A stretch of 63,910 nt of DNA, the filler included, from Cercozoa sp. M6MM (Eukaryota > Protista > Endomyxa: Ascetosporea): NCBI GenBank assembly GCA_040357565.1. It is 6 parts of 6 records of this genome, joined end to end, with 100 filler letters (N's around TTAATTAATTAA, not from the genome) between each part and the next. Parts side by side here need not be neighbours in the genome. Positions count along the whole stretch, not along the records: positions 1 to 24,417 come from JBDODJ010000158.1; 5 more parts are not named here. The stretch is one strand, 5' to 3'. Of the stretch, positions 1 through 11,640 are shown in pieces (position 1 is the stretch's first letter; each line of letters begins with the position of its first letter). The position numbers were made by a program, and so were the translations under genes. The notes below the pieces were generated by a model. The model did no database searches, was not told where the DNA came from, and worked only from the letters and a program-made list of their open reading frames with translations.

Positions 1-46
<46 letters not shown>

Positions 47-47
47 A

Positions 48-1337
48 ACACACTGATCCATCTGGTCCGGCGCAACGTCGAACTCGGCGAGGATGTTTTT
101 GACTTCGTTGCAGTGTTTCTCGACCTACAGCAAGCCGAGTCACTACAGAGGAGAAACGCTGGTAAAACGGACAAACCTCCGCGCGGACGAAGGCTTCATC
201 CTCCATGCGATCGTCCACTGTTCTTAGAGGCGGCAGTCGTCTGTAGCCACCATACAGTGGCTGCAGTACAGCAAGGGTCACAGACTAATGGGATGAGGGG
301 GGGGGGGGGAAAAAAAAGCAAAGATGTACCGGGGGCAGCTGTGCTCGCTTCTCGGCGTTGCGTAGTCGCACTGCAGCACGAAAGCTGTCGCGCAGCATTC
401 CCACAATACGTCGCTGGAAGGTGTCGACTGAGCAGAGCAAAAATATACAAGGACAATATAATACATAGTGATAAAAATGACAAGGGACACACTGGAGTAC
501 TTGTCGAGTTCAAGCGCACGTCTCAGCAGAGTGTAGGCATCTGCAACACAGTGACACACGTGTGCACATGCTAAAACACGGTTCGGTACCGTCAAAGGCA
601 TGCGCACGCAGACACAGGAGAAACTCCTGACACAACTGACGAGCCGCACGAGTTTCTGGAGTGTCCTAGGGGGGGGGGTAACACAAAGATCAAAGAAAGA
701 CATGTGGTGAGAAACGCACCACGAAACCGTATTTGGACCGAGCTGCATTCTTGTCCTCCTTTTTCGACACGCGGTATTTGTCCCAGAAACCTGCGGAAGG
801 TGTAGAGACTGGGGTAGGGGGGGGGGGTGAAACTCTACCAGCGAGTGACAGGATGTGTGACACGACCAGACGTGCCTCGTTCGTTTCTTCTGCCGTCAGG
901 TGACGCATAGCTACAGGACAAGGGGTAGGGGTCCGGGGGGGGGGTAAGAAGATAACACACATCGATCAACGATCTTCTCGCGCAGTCGGATCGCCAGCGC
1001 TCTCTTCTTCAGCGCTGCCTTCTTGTCCGAAGGCAAGCCGCCGTCCTCGTACTTCAGCTTCTGCAGCAGACGCTCGAAGCGCGCGTGACTACACCAGATG
1101 CCTTCTTTATTATTCCTCCCCCATAATTACAAGTCAGTCTTACTTGCCAGTCTTGCGTGCTGCCTCGTGGTTCGACAGGCCTGCGTCACTGTTGACACGG
1201 GCATCAAGCTCCGTGTGCCGACGGTGTTGCCGCTGGTGGTGCCACTGAACTCCCTGCGACGACGATACCAGCATCAACCGTCTCAGATGCGCGCATCGCG
1301 CACGACCGAGCAAATGTCGTGCCACACGTGTGTGCAT
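48..1337 (-). CDS. Hypothetical multi-exon protein, 3' end runs off the window
   Basis: GT-AG-bounded exons join into HARFERLLQKLKYEDGGLPSDKKAALKKRALAIRLREKIVDR / MRHLTAEETNEARLVVSHILSLA / GFWDKYRVSKKEDK... No family recognised; the start codon is uncertain. Confidence 0.5.
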
Positions 1338-1640
1338 GTTTGTGCTAACACTAAATTTAGTGTACGTACAGTGCTGCGTGGTCTATCCGCGAGCGATTTC
1401 ACACTTTGTCAGGTCCGTCCTATTTCAGTCCATTGTGCATTTTCTTAAAGTATAAAACAAAAGTTAAACTGCTCAGGCACAGCAAGGGCGTTAGCGCACT
1501 GCAGGGGTGTCACTATTAACTATCCTGATCAGTCTAGTCGTAAACTTTTAGGCTTTGTCACCGGCACCAAACTATCGGTGGGTCTCTCTTATCGCTTTCG
1601 ATTGAAGGTGTGCCATCATTGTGTGATTGCTTCTGTGTAG

Positions 1641-2842
1641 ATGTGGGATCAAGGCGGTGTCTACTACTCGGCTGATCCATCGGTTCCCGCTGAGGAGCAG
1701 CCTGTACTTGAGCTTGACACCATCGTTTGAGTATGCTCTCTATGTTTGTTGCTGCTTGTTTACAGCAAGCTGGTGAACGCATGTCGGACGATATCGTTGT
1801 GTTGCAGGTACCGTTTGTCAACTTCAATGACAGTCCGCATTCGATTGAAGTCACAAATTCCTGTTTTCCTGCGATTCAGCCCGAGGATGTCAAGGTGCGC
1901 TTTTTCAACTTCCTGCGCGACTTCCGCGACAGCAATCAGGTCCAACCATGAACTGCTCTGTTGGCATACTTTAAGGGTGCGCTTTGACTTGTGGTATAAT
2001 GTGCACAGATGCTGTACTACCGTCAGCGACTGATCACGAATTACGACTCGAAATGCGACTGGCTGGAGGTGTGTTTGAAGTCGTGTTTTTTTGTTTGTGC
2101 TTTGTTTTGCTGCCTTTCAGGCTGTGTGCATGAGTGCAGGTGGAGTTCGGCGATTTGCACAAGTTCGACGAGGACCTCGCGGAGCAGCTGCTGGATCGTC
2201 CGGCTGACACACTGCCGCTCATGTGAGTCTTCTTTAGCTCGTTTTAGTTCTATTATTTTGTTGCTTTGAATTTCATCTGCGTGAAAACAGGGAAATGGGC
2301 GCGCGTGAGACACTGGCTTCCTCCCAGGTACACTTTTAGTGTCTGACTGACCCGACAGCCTTGTTTGTGTCCACGCGGAGTGCTGTAGACTCCGAAACCG
2401 GCGATTGAAGACGTGCGACCGGTGCAGATTCAGTTCGTTGGAGTCGAACAGCGCGTCGAACTGCGTCAACTGTACCAGATTCTGCTTTTTTTCTTTCTTC
2501 TGTTTTTGGTGGGTTTCTTCAGTTTCGTTTTCTTTCTCGTCTGTCTTAGGTCGGCTCAGCACGTTGCACGTCTGGTATCTCTTGCACTTACATCAAAGCC
2601 TTTGTGTGTAGATGTTTCCTTTGTGTGTTTGAAGGTGCGAGTGTCGGGTGTGCTCGTGTCGGCCAGCAAGACCACAGCCAAGGCACAGCGACTCGCGATT
2701 CGGTGCACTTCATGCGGCCACGTGCGCAAGCTGCAGTGCTCCGCCGGCTTTGGCAGTACCCTGGTGTGCTAGTTTCACGTTTGAACTGAAAAGAAAAGCT
2801 GTGTGTGTGTCTGTGTGTCTGTGTGTCTGTGTCTTGTCTATG

Positions 2843-2893
<51 letters not shown>

Positions 2894-2903
2894 NNNNNNN
2901 NNN

Positions 2904-2954
<51 letters not shown>

Positions 2955-5900
2955 GTGAATGAATATGTGTGTGTGTATGTGTGTGTGTGTGTGTCCTTGT
3001 GAATGCAGTTGCCACGTCGGTGCGATGCGCAAGCCGGCGGTGCAGGTGTGTTTGTATTCATTTGCGACCGCTCTTCCTTCGTGTTATTTCGTTTCTTGTG
3101 TGTGTGACAGGCGAAGGCGCCGATGCACCGACGCAGTGTCCGCTCGACCCGTTCCAGGTATGAAATGCAAACTGTCAAACGCCCGCGCGGATGAATGCGT
3201 TTACTTGGCAATGACAGGTCGTTCCGGACGCCAGCGAGTTTGTCGACATTCAGGTAGTTGCGTTTTAAATTTAACTCTTGCACATCAAAGCAACTAACTG
3301 ACGAAACGAGAACAGCGACTCAAGCTGCAAGAACGTCCAGAAGACGTTGCAACTGGCGAAATGGTACCTTTCATCCGGTTTTGATGGGAAGAATGGCTAC
3401 ACGCATGGGTGTATCGACCATGTAGCCGCGCAAACTGACACTGTACGTCGATCGTGCTCTCGTCGGACGTTGCAAGCCTGGCGCACGTGTCGATATCGTC
3501 GGTGTCTACGATGTCTTTGGTGCTTCTCGACAGGCTGGCCGTCAGATGACACAGGTACTTTCGCTGCTGGGAAGTTGGACTTGATTGCGCTTTAATCTGG
3601 ATTGTTCAGAGCAAGGGTGGTGCCGTTGCACGCGTTCCTTACGTACTGCAGTTTCTTTCTCCCTTTACTCATATGTACGAATGCCTGTGTGCTTGTTCTC
3701 TCAGGTGCGTGTGGTTGGTCTGCGTCACATTGGTACAGCTTCTGCTTTACACGAGGAAAGCGAGAGATTATGCTGACTTAACAGAGGCGGGTCAAAATGC
3801 CAACCGCGCGGAGTTTGAGGACGAGTTTGATGTACTTGATTTTCTTTGTTTTGAACGCTCAAAAACAAACCCAAATGTGTACAGGACGAAATGGAAGCAC
3901 GTCACATTCGCCGTGCATTGCCTGGTGAGCTAAAAAACACCGATGATTTTGTATTTTGAAACTCCGTGGAGAAAATGAAAACTGGGCAGGTCAGCTGTCA
4001 TCGACGGAAATCGAAGCTTTCCGTGCGCTGGCGCAGCAGCGGTAGTTTTGTGCCAACTTAGAGTCTGTTCTGTGAGTTTAGTGTGTGTGTGTGTGTGTGT
4101 GTTTTAGCGATGTCGCCGAACGAATTGCCAAAAGGTGCAAAACTCTTCTTTGTCGTTTTTGTGGATTTTCATTTGTCCTCGTTTGTGGCACAGTGTTGCG
4201 CCGCGCATTTTCGGACACGATGACATCAAGTTGGCTGTTGCATGTCTACTGTTTGGCGGCACTGAGAAGAAGATGCCCACTGTACCCTGTTCAGAACATC
4301 TATGAACAGATTCATCAGTTTTGTTCTTTGACGTATTGCGATGTAGGGACGGTTGCGTGGCGACGTCAACGTTCTGTTGCTCGGTGGGCAATCTAAACTC
4401 GCATAGTTTCTCTCTTTCAGCTGTTTCTCTAATGTGTGTGTGCAGGTGACCCGTCGGTCGCAAAGTCACAGTTTTTGAAGTTCGCGGCGAAAGTTGCTCC
4501 GATCGCAGTTTACACTTCCGGCAAGGGCAGGTGCGTTTCCCCTTTTCGTTCAATATTTAGACCCGCAGGTTTTATACTTCCGCGCGGTTTCTCAGTTCGG
4601 CCGCCGGTCTGACGGCTTCTGTGTTGCGTGACCCAGTGACACGCGAGTTCTCGTTGGAGGCAGGTGCCATGGTGTTGGCCGATGGGTACACTCGCTTGTG
4701 CGTATCCTTCTCTCTCTTTCTATATATATATGTATATATGTATAGATATGTATATATATATATAAATATATATAATCTTTTACTTTCATTCTGGTGTCGC
4801 AATACACAGAGGCATTGTATGCATTGACGAATTTGACAAGATGGACGAGCGCGACCGTGTTGCCATCCACGAGGTGCGGCCAGAGTGCTCGTGTGTTTGC
4901 ACATGGTATGACTGTGTGGTGTGCAGGCCATGGAGCAGCAGACGATCTCGATCGCCAAAGCCGGTATCACGACGGTGCTGAACTCGCGAGCAGCCGTGCT
5001 GGCGGCGGCCAACCCAGTCTACGGTCGCTACGACGGCAGCAAAACCAGTGCCGAAAACATTGACTTTGCCTCATCGATCTTGTCGCGATTCGACCTCATC
5101 TTTGTGGTAGGCACACCCTTTCTGACCCCTTAGGTACACATACAACATCCTCGAACGTAGGTGCGCGACCGTGTGGACCGTGAGGCCGATCGACGTCTGG
5201 CCAAGCATCTCATCTCGCTGCATCAGGGCGGCACTGCCGTCGAGGCTGCCGAGGCACGTCCGGACATGCCTGTGGTACGCCTGCCTCGTACCTCTGTGGC
5301 ACGACTGTCCTGTACCTCTTCTCGAGTGTGCAGAACGAAGTGATCGCGAACGAGGAGATGCCGCTGCCGATGGACATTCTGTCCAAGTACATCAAGTACT
5401 GCAAGGAGCACTGCCACCCGCGACTAGACGACGACGCGCACGAGCTGCTGCTCAACTCGTACACTCTCCCTGGGGAACCTATATTGACTGTCTATCTGTC
5501 GTCTTGTAGGTACGTCAAGTTCCGTACCGAGTCCGCGCGAAAGTCAAAGAACGGCGATCGCTCGGCCATTCCGATCACTGTAACTTGCACCCCCTCCCCT
5601 CCACCCTCGGGTACATCAGAGAGGTGCTTGCAGGTTCGTCAGTTGGAAGCCATTGTGCGTCTCAGCGAGGCACTCGCCAAGATGGAACTGTGCCCTGCTC
5701 TATCCTCCTTGTGTATGATATTCGTCTTAACCTCTTGCCCTGACAGGTCACCGCATGCGACGCGTCGTCACGTGCAGGAAGCCGTGCGACTCTTCCGCGG
5801 CGCCACCATGAATGCTGTCGTATCACTCCTTCTGCTGCCTTCCCCTTCTAACTGAGACACAGGGATGCTACCCGTGTATGCTACCCGTGTATGCTTGTGC

Positions 5901-6306
5901 GTGCAGCAAGCAACGGACGGTGACGACAACCTGCGAGCCATTCTGTACAGCTTTGAGTTTTGCTGTCGTATGCCTAGTCATTGTGAAACTTACTGCGTGT
6001 GCGGCAGTGTGACCGACGAGATGAAGCAACAAGTCGAGAAGGCCATGCGCGTGTTCGAGAAGGTCGTGCCTTTCGGCAGTGTTCACACGCAGAGCGAGAT
6101 CGTCAAGCAACTCCAAACGCACAGTGTCTCAACGGCTGCTGCCCGTACAAATCACACTCACTCGAGCTACATCGAGAATGAACCGTTTTGGGATTCCACA
6201 CATGTGCTTTCTGTATTGAGCAGACGCCGCCATCCGGCAGCTCGTGCAGGACCAGTCACTCGTCGACACGCGCGGCAAGTTCAAGCGGCCTCACCAGACC
6301 GTTTAG
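1641..6306 (+). CDS. MCM5: DNA replication licensing factor MCM5 (about 30 introns)
   Basis: Spliced product contains [10 protein letters not shown], a CTSC zinc finger, [74 protein letters not shown], the SRFD arginine finger and [22 protein letters not shown] at 6304-6306. Confidence 0.93.
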
Positions 6307-6407
6307 TAGCTGCAGCTCACGCTCACGTCAAAACAGACTCACTGAACTAATTTTAATTCGCTCCGCGCACGGTACGAGGTTAACCCGCGTGCCGGTGCGC
6401 TACTTAG

Positions 6408-6572
6408 GTCTGCTGCACCAAGAACAGCAACCGCAGTATTTGCGCCAGCAGCAGCCGCATCCAGCAGCACCAATACTCGCAACAGCAACAACAACCGCAG
6501 TACCACCGGCACTACTCGCAACAGCAGCAGCCGTACCAGCCGCTCCCAACCCAAGTGTACCGTTGGCTTGAA
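6408..6572 (+). pseudogene. Orphan Q/P/Y-rich exon relic resembling the last exon of the gene at 7109-8313
   Basis: Acceptor context cttag|gtctgctg matches cttag|acctgctg at 8156. Reads LLHQEQQPQYLRQQQPH, then the Q-rich sequence continues in the +1 frame (QQHQYSQQQQQPQY). There is no room for upstream exons after the MCM5 stop. Confidence 0.4.
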
Positions 6573-7108
6573 TGCCGAATGGTGGGTCAATCGGAAGCCA
6601 CTTTCGGAGTCAAGATCTACGAGTTTAGATCTATGAGACACAAATCTAGACTAACACAGATCTACTGCAACTTGTTCTGGAACTTCCTGAAGACTAATCG
6701 AGATCGACTGCAACTCGTCTGAGAGACAGGGAACGTCAGTCACGGCCACCGACATTTTCCAGCCGAATGATCGGGAGAAATGCGCCATTGTTTCAAAGCA
6801 GACCTCATACTGGACAGCAAATCACGAACTATAGTTGCGTGTAGAGGTGTGGAGCTTGTCAATTTTACTGGTCCTCGTGGCGCGGGCTGCTGCGCAGTAA
6901 CATTATCCTCTTTTCTGTTTTTGAGATCACGGCATGCGCTAGAACTCGTTTCTGGGTAGGGGTGCGCGCGATGACCCATCCTGCGAGCGTATTGGGAAGA
7001 CCGAGATGCCGGATTTGGAACCTATGAGTACCATTTTTTCAGTTTGGTTTGAAGGAATCACCGTCTGCATTTAGTTAATCCACTTGCTATCTCTTGATAT
7101 CGAGCAGC

Positions 7109-8313
7109 TGGAAGGAAGATTTCTTCACGCCACGGCAGACGCCATCTGTGTCGCCTGGAAAGATGTATCTCCCAAAAATAACCACGAAAGTGAAAATCAC
7201 GAGCTATCTGTTCCGTTGAAACGACAACTGAAAATTGTATCTTTACTTTAGGACAGAGACGGACTACTTCTTTAGTCAGGGTCCCGCCTGCACCGTGAAT
7301 AAGTGGCGTGATTCGTCTTCGTGAGTTTCTTGTCGACGTTGTAAAAAAAAAACGTGTCAGCGAGGTGTGTGTCTGTGACTCTGTGTGCAGTCAGATGGCA
7401 CTTGTCCTGTACCCACACCATGAAGCGTCGTCCGGCACTCTAACCGTCGATGGCACTTCTGGTACTGCAGTTATCACTTTATATTTACCTCTGTGACGGT
7501 GCCCCACCCCCCTCTTTGTTGCCAATAGTATGTATGGGTGTGCCGCAGTGGAATTCTCGGATGGCAAGTGCATCCATTTCCGTGACTACACTACTACACG
7601 CGATCCGCGGCCAATGTAAACTCCTGCCTGTGTACCTCACTACTCGATCCATTACCGTTGCCCACTCGTGTTACGGTTCACCTTACTGTACCTGGGGTAG
7701 TCGCATCAAATGCTCATCGTCTTCTCCTGGTTCGCTGGACTCAATGAACCTGAGGTTTTTCTTTTACACTGTCATTTTATCGATATTTGCAGAGTCGTGT
7801 CGCTTCTCGATGCACCGCTACTGCACGACAAACGGGTCGACGGGCATGTCGACTCGCACTCTGGTATCCGTGCCCCTGCTACTCACGGTTGTCTCGCGAC
7901 ATGCCTCTTGCTACCTGGATAGGCGATTATCGGGGCCTGTGTGCTCGTGCTGGTGTGCGTAATTGCTTGTTGTTGCAGTAAGTTTCATTTATTGTTCATC
8001 TCTGCCTGTCTTTAAAAGTACTCCTTTTTTAGTCCGCAAGCGAAAGCAAAAGCAGACTCAAGAACAGCAAGAATTTGGCACCAGCGAGTATGCAGGTAGC
8101 CTGCTTCGCAAATCTCCTTTCGACTTTACTTCATAATACCCCTGTGTGCTCTTAGACCTGCTGCCGCATCAGCAATACCCGCAGCAGCAGCAACAAGAGG
8201 TGTACTCACAGCAGCAGCAACAAGAGGTGTACTCGCAGCAGCAATACCCGCAGCAGCAGCAATACCCGCAGCAGCAGCTACACCCGCAGCAGCAGCTACA
8301 CCCGCTGCAGTAA
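7109..8313 (+). CDS. Putative single-pass membrane protein with a Cys cluster and Q/P/Y-rich cytoplasmic tail (5' end uncertain)
   Basis: The last exons splice to ...STRTL-AIIGACVLVLVCVIACCCI-RKRKQKQTQEQQEFGTSEYADLLPHQQYPQQQQQEVYSQQQQ...LHPLQ*. One upstream junction (about 7790) needs a GAG acceptor. Confidence 0.55.
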
Positions 8314-9683
8314 TATTAATACCCGCAGCAGCAGCGGCAGTGCCAACTTGAACCGGCGGCGCCAACGTACGCCAACAGCATGAACTACTGTATCCGCGCG
8401 AAAGCAACCCTATCACAACATCAAGAGATCAAGAGGAGTGGGAATTCCGTTTTTGACGTGCGCGTGAGTTCGCATGCTGGGTCACTGAGAGTTTCAGCCC
8501 CAGACCGCGTGGAACGCCTGTGTTGAGTATAAACCCGGGGAAGCCTTCAGCAAGCGTTTGCAGCTGAACCCAAAAGAAGGGCTCTCTTTTTCCCTCTCTC
8601 GACCAGTTAGTTGTCTTCGCTTCGACTGTATGTTATGTACAGTAAATTCTACCTCGGCCTGTCCTCTGCCTTTCCAGAAGTCCTTCTTTTCTGAGCCTCC
8701 GCTCCAAGAGCTTACTGTTTTTGTCGCGCGGCAAGCTAAGCGAAGTACCCGACCCTTGTTTTACCAAGGCCAGGCTTGTTCCTACCTGCGCTGAGAGAGC
8801 TACGGTATGGAAAGCAGCAACTATGGTATTGAAGACGACTAAATAAAGGAAGTAAACTTCAGTTAGAAAGACGTCGATGCGCAGGATTAGAAGACATACC
8901 CTTGTCGAAAAGGTCGACAAAAGCTCGAAAGCTTGTTGAAGGCAATTGAAAACAGCCCAAACACGAATTTACAGTCAAAGTCAGGGCTGCGCAAGGCTCG
9001 ATAATGCAAGGTAGAAGCCTCGGGATGTATTGCAGGAGATACCTAGCAAAACAAATCCTTCACTAACCGTAAGTTTAGATTTGATCGTCCGCGCTCGGCT
9101 GACGAGTAGTCAGATGGGCAACTTGACTGATAGAGAAACGCTATGCCGTTCTCTACCATCGTTGCAGACTGACTCAGATTATGCAGTCGGTCTCCGATCA
9201 TGGAAGCAAAAGAGAAAGAAGAGTTACGAGTTTGTGGCTCTACGGTACTACTGCCTATAGAGCTGTGACTGGACCTGTCTGAAAGCCTGTCCTGTAGATT
9301 GAGCCTGCCAGTTGGCAAAGAGAAAACCTCATCTACTTAGCATCAGCTGGTCAGTTGCTCTGCAGTTTGTACTGATATCCACCTCTACAAGTAAGAATTG
9401 GCTGCTGTAGAGAGGGTTTTTTTCGATCTTCTCACGATTTTCCCCTGTGACGGAAGATTCCGTCTACAACTCCGTCTAGTTTGGCGTAAGAACCCAGTTG
9501 GGGTAATTCTTCACTTCGCTTCTACAAACTGAATCAATTGATTCCCTCACTTCGTCTAATTGACGACACACTTCTTTTTTTAATTCACTGACAACCGTCA
9601 GTAACACCTCACTGACCGGATGGAGAATATCGCTTAAGCGGTGCACGCATAATAATAAACGCAAGTCAACACGGACGGGGTCC

Positions 9684-11142
9684 CTACGCGTCCTGCTTGG
9701 CGAGAGCGTCGCGCAGCGCAGCGGCGGCCTTGAGGCGCACGGCGTGGATGTGAATGAAGCCCTCGGCATCGACGGGATTGTAGCCACCGGCCTCGTCCAT
9801 CGAGGCGAGACTCTCGTTGTACAGCGAGCGCTGCGAGGCGCGGCCCTTGATGATGACGTTGCCCTTGTAGAGCTGGAGGGTCACCTGGCCGAACACGGCC
9901 TTGGCGGCATTGTCCATCACGCTCTGCAGCAGCTCGAACTCGGGCGAGTACCAGAAGCCATTGTACAGCGTGTTGGCGTACTGCTCGCGCAGCGAGTCAC
10001 GCACGCGCTGCACACCTGCGCAGACACCAGACGGTGTGTACTGTATCACCAGACAGGCAGTGGAGTCGGTCGCACATACCACGGTCCAGCACGAGGGTCT
10101 CGAGGTCCATGCGCGCCATGTGGAGAATCGTGCCACCCGGAGTCTCGTAGACGCCGCGCGACTTGATGCCCACGAAGCGGTTCTCGACCAGATCGACGCG
10201 ACCGACGGCGTGCTTGCCGGCCACAACGTTGAGGTACTTGAACAGCGCCAGAGGCTCCTCCACGACCTCGTGTGTGTCGAGGTTCGTCACCTTGACCGGG
10301 TCGCCCTCGGCGAACTCAATCACGATCGTCTCGGGCGTGTCAGGCGCCTCCATCGGCGACACTGTCATCTTGAAATCGATCTCGTCGGCCGAGTGGTTCG
10401 GGTCCTCCAGCACGCCACTCTCGTAGCTGATGTGCAGCAGGTTCTCGTCCATCGAGTAGCTCTTCTTGGGCGTCTGGTCCACCTCGATGCCCTGCTCGGC
10501 CGCGTACGCCAGCAGGTGCTGACGACCCGGGAAACGCTCTGCCCCACACAGACACAGATACAGGGACACTGCCAGGCACACATGGACGCACGACAGAAGC
10601 TCCAAGTACCAAAGAAACGCGGGATACGCCACGGCGCAATCACCGACAGCGACGGGTCCAGATAGGCCGCGTGCAACTCGAAACGGCACTGATCGTTGCC
10701 CTTGCCCGTGGCGCCATGCGCCAGGTACTTGCAGTCCTCCTGGTGCGCAATCTCCACGAGCGCCTTGGTCAGGATCGGACGCGCGATCGACGTGCCCAGA
10801 AGGTAGCGCGACTCGTAGATCGCGTTCGCACGGAAGGCCGGGAAGATAAAGTCCGTCACGAACTCCTTCTGCAGATCGACCACATGGCACGCCTTGGCAC
10901 CAATCGAGAGCGCCTTAGCCTTTAGGCGCTCAACGTCGCTGCAGCCGACAAATCAAATCAAATCAAATCAAACAAAACCAGTCCGAGCGCAAGCCAGAAA
11001 GTACAAGAAAATACCCCGTAGGCTGACCAACGTCGCCGAGGAAGCACACGACCTCAAAGCCCTCCTCAATGAGCCACTTGAGGATGCACGAAGTGTCGAG
11101 GCCACCCGAGTAAGCAAGAACAACGCGCTTGTTTTCGGTCAT
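9684..11142 (-). CDS. ASS1: Argininosuccinate synthase
   Basis: Motifs [79 protein letters not shown] and LYKGNV; three introns. Confidence 0.97.
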
Positions 11143-11640
11143 TTTTGTTTTCTTGTTTTGTCTAGATTCGATTCAATCGATGCTGCGCCAGATGAAGTCA
11201 CTCAGGTAGTCTACGCACACAGCGTTCGCATAACACGCACAACAAACAGACAAGGGTGACCGGCCATTTTTATGAACAGCCTTGTGGTCAGGACACGACC
11301 GAAAACGGTCAGCCAGACAAAACTGCGGCTGCACTCACAGCAGCCGGCGCACTCTGTAGGGTGGTGTACCGTGTTCAACGCGTCCAACCCACATACACTA
11401 GGGACGGAAACAATGTGTGATGGAGAGGCCGGCGGCTTTTTTTAATTTTTTCCTGCGCACGAGCACGCTCTCGTAGCCACTCTGATCCGACGGGGTAGCT
11501 GCACCTGCTCAAAACAAAAATGTGAGTGCGACCGGGTGTGCGTTGCATTGGGCCAGTAGAGCTTGAGTGGAAAAGAAAAAAAATAAAATTAACAAAGCGA
11601 TCGGATAGATCTGCTGTCAGGGCCAGTTAGATGACGTCTG

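Noticed and set aside
2800-2995. CVCVCV and HTHTHT ORFs here and throughout the window
   Set aside because: Translations of intronic (TG)n/(CA)n microsatellites. Their strand orientation is also not strict (exceptions at about 20285, 28395, 31990, 41870).
8311-8319. TAA reassigned to Gln (in-frame TAAs within a Gln repeat)
   Set aside because: TAA terminates QNG1 exactly at its conserved end (HHRVLSIFY*), and also RPL30 and ALG1. TAG and TGA also act as stops. No in-frame stops were seen in conserved exons.
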